Assembly (NCBI GenBank): GCA_965227775.1
Contig: OZ245777.1
Span: forward strand, 704,001-768,000
Direction: 5' to 3'
Origin: Phycisphaerales bacterium
GTDB lineage: Bacteria; Planctomycetota; Phycisphaerae; Phycisphaerales; UBA1924
Length of the DNA stretch: 64,000 nucleotides
Translations under genes and position numbers: made by a program
The notes under the pieces: model-generated
The model's input: only the letters and a program-made list of their open reading frames with translations
The model's database searches: none
Told to the model about the DNA's origin: nothing
Shown here: positions 20,262-29,237 of the stretch, piece after piece
Layout: each line of letters begins with the position of its first letter
Position numbering within the stretch: position 1 is the first letter of the stretch

Positions 20262-21772
20262 GGGGTGCCGTCCTTGCTAGCCGTCGAGATGCGCACGCGT
20301 GCGCCGTCATCGAGCGTGGTTGTGCCGATCGCCAGCAGATCGCCCGAACGCAGGTCCCCTCGCACGCGCGACCACTCGCCCAGGTCTTCGAGCACCTCGA
20401 CACCCTTTGCATACGCCCGACCACGGTCGCCGCGGCGATCGCGCACGACCCAGACTCGCCCGCCGTCGATCGACTCGCTCGGCACGAGCATTGCGGTCTC
20501 GCCCAATCCTGGAGCCTCGGCACCACCCCCACCGCGCGCCAAGAACTTGACACGCGTCAGCATCTCAGGTCGTAAGAGTGGCGACGGCTCGATGACGCGG
20601 ACCTTGGCCTGCAGCGTGTTCTTCTGTAGGTCGGCTTCATACGTGATGCGGTCGACCACGCCCTCGAAGGTCTGATCGGGCAGCACCTCGACGATGATCT
20701 CGCAGCGTTGGCCCACGAACATGTGCCGCGCGTCGGCGAGTGGCACGTCGACGCGGACCTGCAGCTTCGCCGGGTCGTACAAGTGCACGACGTGGGCCGA
20801 ATGCGGATCGTCCATGCCGAGCATGACCTTGTCGCCGGGTACTTTCAGTCGACGCTGGACGGCACCTGCGATGGGCGCGGTGATCGTTAGGCGGTCGACG
20901 CGGAGCTGCGCTTCGTCGAGACGCGCCTGCGCCATCTGTACGGCGGCCTCGGCCCGAAGGACGCTTGCACGCGCCAAATCGAGGTTCTGCGTCTCCATGA
21001 CACGCAGCTCGGCGTTTCGCTCGGCAGCGATCGCCTCGGCCTGCAGACGATCACGCTGCGCTTCCAGGATTGCCTGCCGCTGCCGCGTTGCCTCCAGCAT
21101 TGCCTGCTGCCCGGCCACGCGCTGCGTGAGCACGATAACCTCCAATTCGTTGGCCGCCCCGCCACGCTCGGCCCGGCTCGCTCGATCGAGCTCGGCTTCG
21201 ATCTGCTCGAGCATCGCGCGCTCGGCCTCGATGAGTGCGGGAAGCTGCGCGAGCTGGGCTTGGGTCTCGGCGAGCTGCGCTCTGGTCGCCGCCACGGCCC
21301 GCTCGCGATCGACGGGGTTGGCCCAGTCCGTCTCGGCGGCGCGCAGGTTCGCACGGGCGACGGCAAGCTCTGCTTGTGCACCCGCGAGATCCGCCCGCGC
21401 CGCGGCCAGCGCGATCTGCGCATCGTCCGGCACGAGGCGAGCCAGGGGCTGGCCTTGCTCAACGGTCTGCCCCTCGAGCACGAGCACTTCGGCGACCACG
21501 CCATCGGTGAGCGCTGAGGCGGCGGTGATGTAGGGCGCCGCCTCGAGCCAGCCGGGCGCCTGGATGGCCTGGCCCGCAGGCTGGCGTTCGCCCCGCTCGG
21601 GCTGCGGCTCTGCGGCCGATGCCTCGAACACGACGGGCGCGACGCGCACCGGTGTGGCCGGGGTGAAGCTGTCACCGGCTGTCCAGAAAACGATGCCGGC
21701 GAGCACGATGGCGACGCCAGCGGCGACGGCCGTCGAGGGCGGGATACGCCCGAATACGGACTTCGATTGCAT
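20258..21772 (-). CDS. Periplasmic adaptor / membrane fusion protein (HlyD family) with long coiled coil
   Basis: N-terminal TM, lipoyl half-motifs (DGVVAEVLVLEGQTVEQGQPL; ITAPIAG), long Ala/Gln/Glu hairpin, LRPEM. Confidence 0.9.
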   Translation of the reverse strand: MQSKSVFGRIPPSTAVAAGVAIVLAGIVFWTAGDSFTPATPVRVAPVVFEASAAEPQPERGERQPAGQAIQAPGWLEAAPYITAASALTDGVVAEVLVLEGQTVEQGQPLARLVPDDAQIALAAARADLAGAQAELAVARANLRAAETDWANPVDRERAVAATRAQLAETQAQLAQLPALIEAERAMLEQIEAELDRASRAERGGAANELEVIVLTQRVAGQQAMLEATRQRQAILEAQRDRLQAEAIAAERNAELRVMETQNLDLARASVLRAEAAVQMAQARLDEAQLRVDRLTITAPIAGAVQRRLKVPGDKVMLGMDDPHSAHVVHLYDPAKLQVRVDVPLADARHMFVGQRCEIIVEVLPDQTFEGVVDRITYEADLQKNTLQAKVRVIEPSPLLRPEMLTRVKFLARGGGGAEAPGLGETAMLVPSESIDGGRVWVVRDRRGDRGRAYAKGVEVLEDLGEWSRVRGDLRSGDLLAIGTTTLDDGARVRISTASKDGTP

Positions 21773-21853
21773 GGCGGACTCTCCGCGGTTGAACGATGCG
21801 CATGGACGATCGCGCGACCACCATCAATGGGCGCGCAACGCGGGTGCGGACGT

Positions 21854-22237
21854 TCAGCGTTGCGGAGGACGCAGCAGCGAGAAGTGGGGTTCGATCGCGT
21901 GGCTCTCTGGTTCGAGCGCGGTGAACGCGTCGGGCTGCGGATCGGGCAGATCGAGGGGGGATGCGGGCCGGCTCATCTGCACGGGCTGGCCCATGACCGA
22001 GCACGACACGCAGGATTCGCAATCGCTCGGGCACTCGCCCGGCAAATCGGTGTCGTGCGAGTCTTGATCGACGGGACCGTCCGACTGGCAGCACGAATCG
22101 GTCGGCTCTGCTTCGACCTGTGCAGCAGCATCGGTGCAGCAGCAATCGCCGCTGGCAGCCCACGACGACGCCGGCCCGGCCAGCACGATTGCCAGGGACA
22201 CAAACAGCGCGATGAGACGGACGGGCGTCACCACCAT
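21854..22237 (-). CDS. Cys-rich secreted leader peptide ending LLRPPQR (DUF2946/CruR-like candidate)
   Basis: Signal peptide RLIALFVSLAIVLAGPASSWA, 9 Cys including CPSDCESCVSC, C-terminal RPP. The start may be GTG 22231, 7 nt after TATACT. Confidence 0.7.
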   Translation of the reverse strand: MVVTPVRLIALFVSLAIVLAGPASSWAASGDCCCTDAAAQVEAEPTDSCCQSDGPVDQDSHDTDLPGECPSDCESCVSCSVMGQPVQMSRPASPLDLPDPQPDAFTALEPESHAIEPHFSLLRPPQR

Positions 22238-22272
22238 GAGTATACATGAAGAACCGGACAATGTTCCCGTTT

Positions 22273-22965
22273 TCACAAGATCGATGTCGACGCGGCGGCT
22301 TCTCGATGACGAGCAACCATTCCCAAGAAATTACCCAGCATGGCATGCCCATCGGGCGTCAGATAACTCTCGGGGTGGAACTGCACGCCCTCCATCGGCG
22401 CCCTGCCGGCATCGGCCCAGATTCGACGGAGGCCCATGATGACGCGTCGTTGCCCGCCATCTTCGGTCCGCTCGTCGGTCCACGCGCTGATCGCCCAGCC
22501 GTCGTTGCCGTTTGCTGAGACTTCGATCTCGTGATCTTGCACCACCAGCGAGTGGTACCGCGCCGCGTCGAACGGGCTAGGCACGCCCACGAACACGCCC
22601 GAGCCGTCGTGGTGCACCGGGCTGGTCCGGCCGTGCACGGGCACGGCGTGGCGCTCCACGGTCATGCCCGCCATCTGCGCCATCACCTGGCAGCCCAGGC
22701 ACACGCCAAGCACGGGCACGACGCCCGCGAAACGCTCGATGACCGCCGCCGACACGCCCGCCTCGGCCGGCGTGCACGGGCCGGGGCTGACGACCACGCC
22801 CGTGGGATTGAGCGCGGCCGCGTCTTCTACCGAGATCTCATCGTTGCGCGCGACCACCAGCCCAACGCCCGGCTCCAGGCTCTCGCCGCGCGCGTGAGCA
22901 ACCTCGCCCAGGCGCTGGACGAGGTTCCACGTGAACGAGTCGTAGTTGTCGATGAGGAGGATCAA
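22273..22965 (-). CDS. trpG: Anthranilate/aminodeoxychorismate synthase glutamine amidotransferase component II
   Basis: LLIDNYDSFTWNL, SPGPCTP, GVCLG, RYHSL, GVQFHPES. TTG start. trpG versus pabA cannot be separated here. Confidence 0.9.
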   Translation of the reverse strand: MILLIDNYDSFTWNLVQRLGEVAHARGESLEPGVGLVVARNDEISVEDAAALNPTGVVVSPGPCTPAEAGVSAAVIERFAGVVPVLGVCLGCQVMAQMAGMTVERHAVPVHGRTSPVHHDGSGVFVGVPSPFDAARYHSLVVQDHEIEVSANGNDGWAISAWTDERTEDGGQRRVIMGLRRIWADAGRAPMEGVQFHPESYLTPDGHAMLGNFLGMVARHREAAASTSIL

Positions 22966-23000
22966 GGCCCAAGGGTAGTGGGCCCGCGGCTGCAGCCGAT

Positions 23001-23801
23001 CTACGCCGCCTTCGACTCGCCCGTCCCCGCGACGCCGTCACGCGTCACGTAGAATAGCTGATCGGTGATCGGGTACGGCAGCCGCTCGTAGTCCTGGCGC
23101 ACGCGGTCCTGGATGCGCTGCACGAACTCGGCCGGTTCGCGCGAGAGGGCCACGAACATGTCGCGGGCTGGGATGGCCACCAGGAAGTCGCCGCCCAGCG
23201 ACGGGGCCAGGCGGTGGTAGAGCTTACCCAGAAGCAGTCGCGCGGCGTCGTATCCGTCCTGTTCGGCAAGAATCGCGGCCATGCCGCCCTCGCGGCTCTC
23301 CACGAGTTGCACGTCCATCTCGGGCGCGTACAGGTCGAGGTTGTCGCGGGCGATGTCTTCCAGTTCCTCGATGTCCACGCCCCACTGCACGAGCTGCTCG
23401 GTGGTAATGCTCACGGTCATCTGCGGCAGGTCGAGCACGTAGACCACGACAGCACCATTGACGAACGGCGTGTGAGCCACCAGCCGGCGGCTGAGGCTCT
23501 CGAAGATGCTGTCGGGCTGGATGCGCGGCATGATCCGCGGCTTGGCGATGTCGAAGCTCATCGCGTTGACGTACATCAGGTCGCCCGCGAAGAGCTGCTC
23601 GAGGTAGTGCTCGACGATCTCTACGCCCCGCTGGGGGTCGTGGCTGACGATGCGAAAGAGGTTGATCAGGTCGAGCCGGCGGCCGGCGATGACCAGCTCG
23701 TCCTCGCGGATCGAGTCGATCGTCAGCTCGGGCTGGAGGCGGCGCAGGATCTGTGCCACTTCCTGGCTGAACTCGGTCGGATTGTCTGGCATCATCGTCA
23801 T
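23001..23801 (-). CDS. DUF1444-like protein
   Basis: IMPRIQP, VYVLDLP, WGVDIEELEDIARDNL, DGYDAARLLL, LVAIPARDMF, YPITDQLF. Confidence 0.65.
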   Translation of the reverse strand: MTMMPDNPTEFSQEVAQILRRLQPELTIDSIREDELVIAGRRLDLINLFRIVSHDPQRGVEIVEHYLEQLFAGDLMYVNAMSFDIAKPRIMPRIQPDSIFESLSRRLVAHTPFVNGAVVVYVLDLPQMTVSITTEQLVQWGVDIEELEDIARDNLDLYAPEMDVQLVESREGGMAAILAEQDGYDAARLLLGKLYHRLAPSLGGDFLVAIPARDMFVALSREPAEFVQRIQDRVRQDYERLPYPITDQLFYVTRDGVAGTGESKAA

Positions 23802-24069
23802 TCCCCCCGCATCCCTCGCTGGAACAGCCATTGGATGGGACAAGATCAGCGCCACCGACACCGACCGGCGACCAGAGGGAGGAATCGGGTGGCCAGCGCC
23901 GCGACAGAAGCCACAGGCCCTCGATCGGCCGGCCCCGCCCAACGCCCGGCCCCCCGGGCGGCGCAACCCCTACAGCCCGATGCCCGAGAACCGGCCGGGC
24001 TCCGAGGGGGAATGCCGAAGGCGGACGGGAAGCCGCCCGATGGCCCGGTCGGCCCCGACCGGGCCCCGA

Positions 24070-24099
24070 TTGCCCCGGGGGGCCGCCTGCGGGTAGAAT
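24070..24099 (+). promoter_or_regulatory. Putative sigma-70 promoter for acpP-fabF (TTGCCC-N18-TAGAAT)
   Basis: Direct motif match. A second candidate, TTGACT-N16-CAGACT, lies at 24140-24167. Confidence 0.45.
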
Positions 24100-24236
24100 C
24101 GCGCCACCCGAACGGTTCTCGGCCTTCCGCCCATGGCGGTTGACTTGGGGCGGCGGGTGGTCAGACTTCCCCTCGCCCGTCGCGTTGGGGTGCCGCAAGG
24201 GGAGCGTTCGACTCCCCGGGGACTGGAGGCTTACAG

Positions 24237-24485
24237 GTGACCGAAGCTGAAATCGAGTCGAAGGTGATCGACATCGTCGCCGAGCAGATGCACGCCGAGA
24301 AGGAAAAGATCAGCCGCGACACGAGCTTCGTGGAGGATCTGAACGCCGACAGCCTCGACACCGTCGAGCTGGTCATGGAGTTCGAGGACGAGTTCGAAAC
24401 GTCCATTCCGGACGAGCAGGCCGAGCAGATCAAGACGGTCGGCCAGGCCATCGACTTCATCAAGCAGGCCCACGGCATCGAGTAG
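24237..24485 (+). CDS. acpP: Acyl carrier protein
   Basis: [20 protein letters not shown] phosphopantetheine motif. GGAGG SD before GTG. Confidence 0.97.
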   Translation: MTEAEIESKVIDIVAEQMHAEKEKISRDTSFVEDLNADSLDTVELVMEFEDEFETSIPDEQAEQIKTVGQAIDFIKQAHGIE

Positions 24486-24522
24486 ACCGCTCGGCGGCTG
24501 AAGCCGCCGGCGGCTCCACGCC

Positions 24523-25806
24523 ATGGGAAGCCAAGCCACGAACCAGCACAAGGTCGTCATCACCGGCGTCGGGGCCATCACTTGCATGGGCTCCGATCCG
24601 CAGTCGGCATGGAATGCCATGCGCGACGGCGTCTCGGGCATCACCCCGCTCGAAGGCGAGGAATTCTCGCGCTTCGACGGCCAGTGGAGCGCCCACGTTG
24701 CTGGACAGGTGAAAGACTGGAACCCCGCGGACCACATCGATCCGCGCGAGGCCAAGCGGCTCGACCGCTCGGCCCAGTTCGGCATGGCCGCGGTGAGCCA
24801 GGCCGTGAAGATGTCGGGCATCGACTTCTCTGCCATGGAGCCAGAGCGGGCCGGCGTGGCGTTCGGTACGGGCGTGGGTGGCATCTCGACCATCGAGGAC
24901 GGCCACTCCATCCTGCTCGATCGCGGGCCCAAGCGGCTCGGCCCGCTGACGGTGCCGAAGCTGATGGTGAACGCCACGGCGGGCAACGTCTCGATCACCT
25001 ACGGCCTGCGCGGCCCGGCGACGGCGATGGCCACCGCCTGCGCCAGCTCGGGCAACGCCATCGGTGAGGCCCTCGAGACCATGCGGCGCGGCCGCACCGA
25101 CGTAATGATCTCCGGCGGCACCGAGGCCGCGATCACGCCGCTGTGCGTCGGCGCGTTCCAGGCCATGAAGGCCCTGAGCGGAAACAAGCAGCCCGTCGAA
25201 GCGAGCCGGCCCTTCGACGCCGACCGCGACGGCTTCGTGCTGGCCGAGGGCGCAGCGGCGTTCGTGCTGGAGACCGAGGCCTTCGCCAAGGCCCGCGGCG
25301 CAACCATCCTGGCCGAGCTGGTCGGCTGGGCCGCAAGCGCCGACGCCTACCACATCACCGCGCCCGACGAGGCCGGCCGCGGCGCACGCCAGGCCATGAC
25401 GTGGGCGCTGGAAGACGCCGGCCTGAAGCCCCAGGACATCGGCTACATCAACGCCCACGGCACCAGCACGCCGCTCGGCGACAGCGCCGAGGTCGCCGCC
25501 GTGCTCGACGTCTTCGGCGATCACGCCCGCAAGAGCAAGGGCGGCACGCTGCTCATGAGCTCAACCAAGAGTGTGCACGGACACGCCCTCGGCGCTTCGG
25601 GCGCAGTCGAGCTCATCGGCTGCATCCACGCGCTCCGCGAGGGCCTGGTGCCCCCCACCATCAACCTGCACAAGCCCGAAGAGCACTTCGACATCGACCT
25701 GGTGCCCAACGAGGTCCGCCAGACGCCCATCCGCTACGCGATGAACAACACCTTCGGCTTCGGCGGCCACAACGTGAGCCTCATCGTCGGCCGCTACGAC
25801 GGCTGA
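24523..25806 (+). CDS. fabF: 3-oxoacyl-ACP synthase II
   Basis: VVITGVG, TACASS, SRPFDADRDGFVLAEGA, YINAHGTSTPLGD, GHALGASG, FGFGGHN. Confidence 0.95.
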   Translation: MGSQATNQHKVVITGVGAITCMGSDPQSAWNAMRDGVSGITPLEGEEFSRFDGQWSAHVAGQVKDWNPADHIDPREAKRLDRSAQFGMAAVSQAVKMSGIDFSAMEPERAGVAFGTGVGGISTIEDGHSILLDRGPKRLGPLTVPKLMVNATAGNVSITYGLRGPATAMATACASSGNAIGEALETMRRGRTDVMISGGTEAAITPLCVGAFQAMKALSGNKQPVEASRPFDADRDGFVLAEGAAAFVLETEAFAKARGATILAELVGWAASADAYHITAPDEAGRGARQAMTWALEDAGLKPQDIGYINAHGTSTPLGDSAEVAAVLDVFGDHARKSKGGTLLMSSTKSVHGHALGASGAVELIGCIHALREGLVPPTINLHKPEEHFDIDLVPNEVRQTPIRYAMNNTFGFGGHNVSLIVGRYDG

Positions 25807-25865
25807 CCCGCACACCCCAATCTCCACGCTCAAGTCGGCCGCTCCGGCGGGCCGATGCCCTGTGC

Positions 25866-26132
25866 ATGGCGCGAGACGTGAAGACCATCCTGAGCCTTGA
25901 GGTGCCCGTGGTGGTCGTGCTGGCCGAGCGGACCATGACCGTGGGCGACGTGCTGGGCCTGCGTCCGGGCACGATCCTCGAGGTCGACAAGACCGCCGAG
26001 GAAGACCTCTCGCTGCGCGTCAACAACCGCGACGTCGGCTCGGGCACGGCCGTGAAGGTCGGCGAGAATTTTGGCCTGCGGATCGAATCGATCGGCAGCC
26101 AGGAGTCGCGCGTCGAGGCGCTGGGGGCCTGA
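25866..26132 (+). CDS. fliN: FliN/FliM C-terminal (SpoA) domain protein
   Basis: ILSLEVPVVVVLAERTMTVGDVLGLRPGTILEV...GTAVKVGENFGLRI. Confidence 0.8.
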   Translation: MARDVKTILSLEVPVVVVLAERTMTVGDVLGLRPGTILEVDKTAEEDLSLRVNNRDVGSGTAVKVGENFGLRIESIGSQESRVEALGA

Positions 26133-26146
26133 TCGAAACCCTGGAA

Positions 26147-29100
26147 TCACCCACCCGGGATCGCACCGCCCGCCGGCAGCGGGCGCACGATGGTGAACTC
26201 GCCCGTGTTGATGTTCCAGCGGACGCTTGCGGCCGAGGCGGGCTGGGCGCTGCGCTTGTCGAACACGACGACGGGGGCCATCGGGTCGCCCGAGGCGATG
26301 ATGAGGCCGGTGCGGGCGTCGTAGTCGAGGCTGCGCGCCACCAGCTCGCGCTCGTCGGTCGCGGCGTACACGGCGCCCTCGGCCCGTGCGCTCCGCAGCG
26401 TGGTGGCCGAGCGCGAGCGGTCGAGACCCTCGAGCGTAATGGTGAGCTGCTCGCAGTCGAGATCGAGCTGCGGCGCGTCGGGCTCGCTGCGGTGGCTGAG
26501 GCGCACGCCGCGGTCGAGCACGAGCTGCTGGGAAGCGCGATCGAATGACATCGCGCCAAGCCAGTCGACGAGCGCCTGCCCCGACCCGCCGCGCGCCAGG
26601 TCGGTGAACGAGCCGCGGCCGCGTTCGGCCGTCGCACCATCATCCAACGGCATCGCGTCTGGCTGCTCGAGGATGATCGCGCGCCCCTGTCCGATGGCCT
26701 CGATGTTGCTCGTCGGCCCGTCGAGCTTCGCCTCGGGCACCATCAAGACGAGCGCCGACTTGAGTGTGCGGTCCTCGGGAGAGCTTCCCAGGAAGCGGCG
26801 CGACTCGATGATGACGACCGACCCCGGCATGGGCTCGGCCTCAGCCCGCGCCCAGAGCAGCTCGCGCTGGCCCTCGGCAAACTGCGGGTCGAGCGCCTCG
26901 CTCGCGTCGCCGTCCGCCGGCACGCTGAACGCAAGCTGGATGTTGGCGGCCGCGATGCGGTCTTCCTCGGTGCGTCCGTCGGTCAGGTTGATGCGCGCGT
27001 TGCCGTCGGCCTCGGCCTGGCCCTTCGCATCGTCGAACAGCATGAAGTTGTCCCAGCCGAGCGTGAGCGTGCTGGGGCGCGGGCGATCCTCGCGCTGCAG
27101 CTCGTGCGTCAGCGTACCGGGGCCGAAGACCTGGGCCTGCCCGCTCAGCGCGTCGAGACGGATCTGCGGGCCGGCGATCTCCGTACCAGCGCGCGAGGCG
27201 GTGGCGATAGCGCCATCGGCGGCCTCGATCTCGGCGTACTGATCATCGGGCCGGATGAACACGCGTTCGCCGCGTGCGGTGACGCGAGCGCCCTGAGCGT
27301 CCGTTGCGCGCAGATCGACGGCATTGGTCAGCTCGGCCTCTTCGACTTCCGTACGCAGCTTCGAACCGTCCATGGTCGCAGTGAGCTTTGCGTCGAGATT
27401 ACCAGCCGTAAACGTCGCGTCTTGTCCGCGTCCCTCGACGTTGCCGGTCGCGATCAGGCGATTGGGCAGCGAACGCGCAGCGGCTATGTCGAGCTCGAAC
27501 TGCAGCTCGATCCGATCGCCGCGCAGGCTCCCGGTGCGATCGCTGGTGGCCATCGCCGGCTCGTTGGGCTCGCGGGTCATGACCAGCCGGCGGATGAGCG
27601 GCTGGCTGGTATCCGCATCGAAAAACTCGGCGTCGATGGTCTCGGCGTTCAGGCGCGCATCCTGGGCCTGCCCATTGACCTTGCCGCGGAAGCTCGCGCT
27701 GCGGAGCGTCAGAGACTCCCGGCGATCATCGCGGGGCGGCACGCGGCGGAAATCCATGTCGGCGCGCTCGGCCCAGGCGATGCGTCCCTCTTGGTCCTCG
27801 CCCAGCGCGGTGAGCTGGCCCGGCCCGATCATCGCCGCCGTCTCCGACAGCAGATCGAGCTCCACGCGGATGCCCCGGGCTTCGCCCACGCCCGGCGCGG
27901 TCACGAACACGCTGTTGGCCGCCGGCCCAAGCAGGATGGCCCGCTGCGTCGTTGGGTAGTAATCGATGGTGGCCGCGTGGCCCCGTGCGCCCATTTCGGC
28001 GTCGGCGATCTGGACGAGCCCACGCTCGGGTGCGCTCAGGCGCAGCGCGATGTCATCGCTCGCGAGCTCGCGCGGCTCGCTGGCGAGTGGTCGTGCGACC
28101 AACGGGCCGCTCCACGTCAGCGTGATGGGCTCGCCGGGCGCGGCGCCCTCGGGCTGGTCCTGCTCGACGGCGGTCAGCAGCGCCGCCATGACGCGGGCCG
28201 TGGTGTCCAGGTGTCCGGCGGCCGTACGCGTGGTCAGCGGCGCGATGGCACCCTCGGGCAAGCCGTTGTCGATCAGCCGCACCCAGGCGTCGAGGGCATC
28301 GGCGTTGGTCGTCATGGTGCCGCGCGTGATCACGACATCGCCGCGGATCTGGAGCTGGTAGAACTGCTCGACGGACAGCGGCTCGGGACCGATCGGTTGC
28401 GGCGCGGGTGTCAATGGCGCCGCCTGGTCGGGCGTTGGTCGTTCCTGCTGGCCCGCCGGCCGCTGGGCTTGCGGGCGCTCGGGCTGGGCCGGCTCGGCCT
28501 GAGCCGGTTCGGGCGAAGAAGGGGGAGGCGTAAACGTCGCCGTGCCACCGCGCGGGCTCTCGAGCCGCTCGAGCTGGCTGGTCACCTGGTTGCCGCGGAT
28601 GTCCAGCCCGTTGACCTCAAACACGAGGTCTTCGGCAGAGCCAACGACGGTCTCCTGGGTGGAGACGGTGCCAAGCTCGACGTTGAAGTCGAGGGCGGGG
28701 GTCTTGAAGGTAGCCGCGGGCACGGCCGCATCGAGCACGGCCGGGCTGGTATCGACGCCCGGCTCGTACACGCGGATGACGACGTCGCCCGTGAGCGTGC
28801 CGCGCTCGGGCGGCTGGCTGCGCGCAGGCATGGCCAGGTCGCCCCGGTCGGCCATCACGTGCACCGTCTGACCGGCGGACTGGTAGATCCACATGCGCGG
28901 CTCGGTGGCGATGTAGCCGCGCGAGCCCTCGGGTGCCATCTGGCCGGCGATCATGCGGGCCTGTGTGCGACCGGGATCTTCGCGATCGACGAACGAGATG
29001 TCGACGTTGCGCGCAACCTGGTCGTTGGCGCCCAGTTGCACGCCATCCCCGGCCCCCACCGGCGGCAGGCCCTGGCCCTGCGGGCCTTGCTTGGGGCCGC

Positions 29101-29221
29101 CCGAGCCGCTGGCGAACACGTACACGAGCACGCCCACGCCGACGGCGGCGATGGCGACGGCCAGCAGGATGCGTCTTGGAGCGTTGCCGCGCCGGCTCGG
29201 GCCGGTGAAGGTGTCAGGCAT
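26147..29221 (-). CDS. Large membrane-anchored LptC/LptA (OstA)-like beta-jellyroll repeat protein
   Basis: Single N-terminal TM, then repeated OstA-like strands (TLTGDVVI, RGDVVI...ADALD, ATGNVEG, AEGAVYA...ARSLDYD..TGLIIASG). Lies immediately downstream of kdsC. Confidence 0.7.
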   Translation of the reverse strand: MPDTFTGPSRRGNAPRRILLAVAIAAVGVGVLVYVFASGSGGPKQGPQGQGLPPVGAGDGVQLGANDQVARNVDISFVDREDPGRTQARMIAGQMAPEGSRGYIATEPRMWIYQSAGQTVHVMADRGDLAMPARSQPPERGTLTGDVVIRVYEPGVDTSPAVLDAAVPAATFKTPALDFNVELGTVSTQETVVGSAEDLVFEVNGLDIRGNQVTSQLERLESPRGGTATFTPPPSSPEPAQAEPAQPERPQAQRPAGQQERPTPDQAAPLTPAPQPIGPEPLSVEQFYQLQIRGDVVITRGTMTTNADALDAWVRLIDNGLPEGAIAPLTTRTAAGHLDTTARVMAALLTAVEQDQPEGAAPGEPITLTWSGPLVARPLASEPRELASDDIALRLSAPERGLVQIADAEMGARGHAATIDYYPTTQRAILLGPAANSVFVTAPGVGEARGIRVELDLLSETAAMIGPGQLTALGEDQEGRIAWAERADMDFRRVPPRDDRRESLTLRSASFRGKVNGQAQDARLNAETIDAEFFDADTSQPLIRRLVMTREPNEPAMATSDRTGSLRGDRIELQFELDIAAARSLPNRLIATGNVEGRGQDATFTAGNLDAKLTATMDGSKLRTEVEEAELTNAVDLRATDAQGARVTARGERVFIRPDDQYAEIEAADGAIATASRAGTEIAGPQIRLDALSGQAQVFGPGTLTHELQREDRPRPSTLTLGWDNFMLFDDAKGQAEADGNARINLTDGRTEEDRIAAANIQLAFSVPADGDASEALDPQFAEGQRELLWARAEAEPMPGSVVIIESRRFLGSSPEDRTLKSALVLMVPEAKLDGPTSNIEAIGQGRAIILEQPDAMPLDDGATAERGRGSFTDLARGGSGQALVDWLGAMSFDRASQQLVLDRGVRLSHRSEPDAPQLDLDCEQLTITLEGLDRSRSATTLRSARAEGAVYAATDERELVARSLDYDARTGLIIASGDPMAPVVVFDKRSAQPASAASVRWNINTGEFTIVRPLPAGGAIPGG

Positions 29222-29237
29222 CGCGAATCGTAGTGAG

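Noticed and set aside
23802..24236. Long GC-rich intergenic region as ncRNA or small gene
   Set aside because: It has no recognisable RNA motif or protein-like ORF and is explained by divergent promoters.
25143..25865. Apparent long N-terminal extension of the FliN-like ORF
   Set aside because: It is an alternative frame inside fabF. The protein-like sequence starts at ATG 25866.
27104..29233. 709-aa plus-strand ORF
   Set aside because: Antisense to the Lpt-like gene, which has a TM anchor, repeats and supportive synteny.
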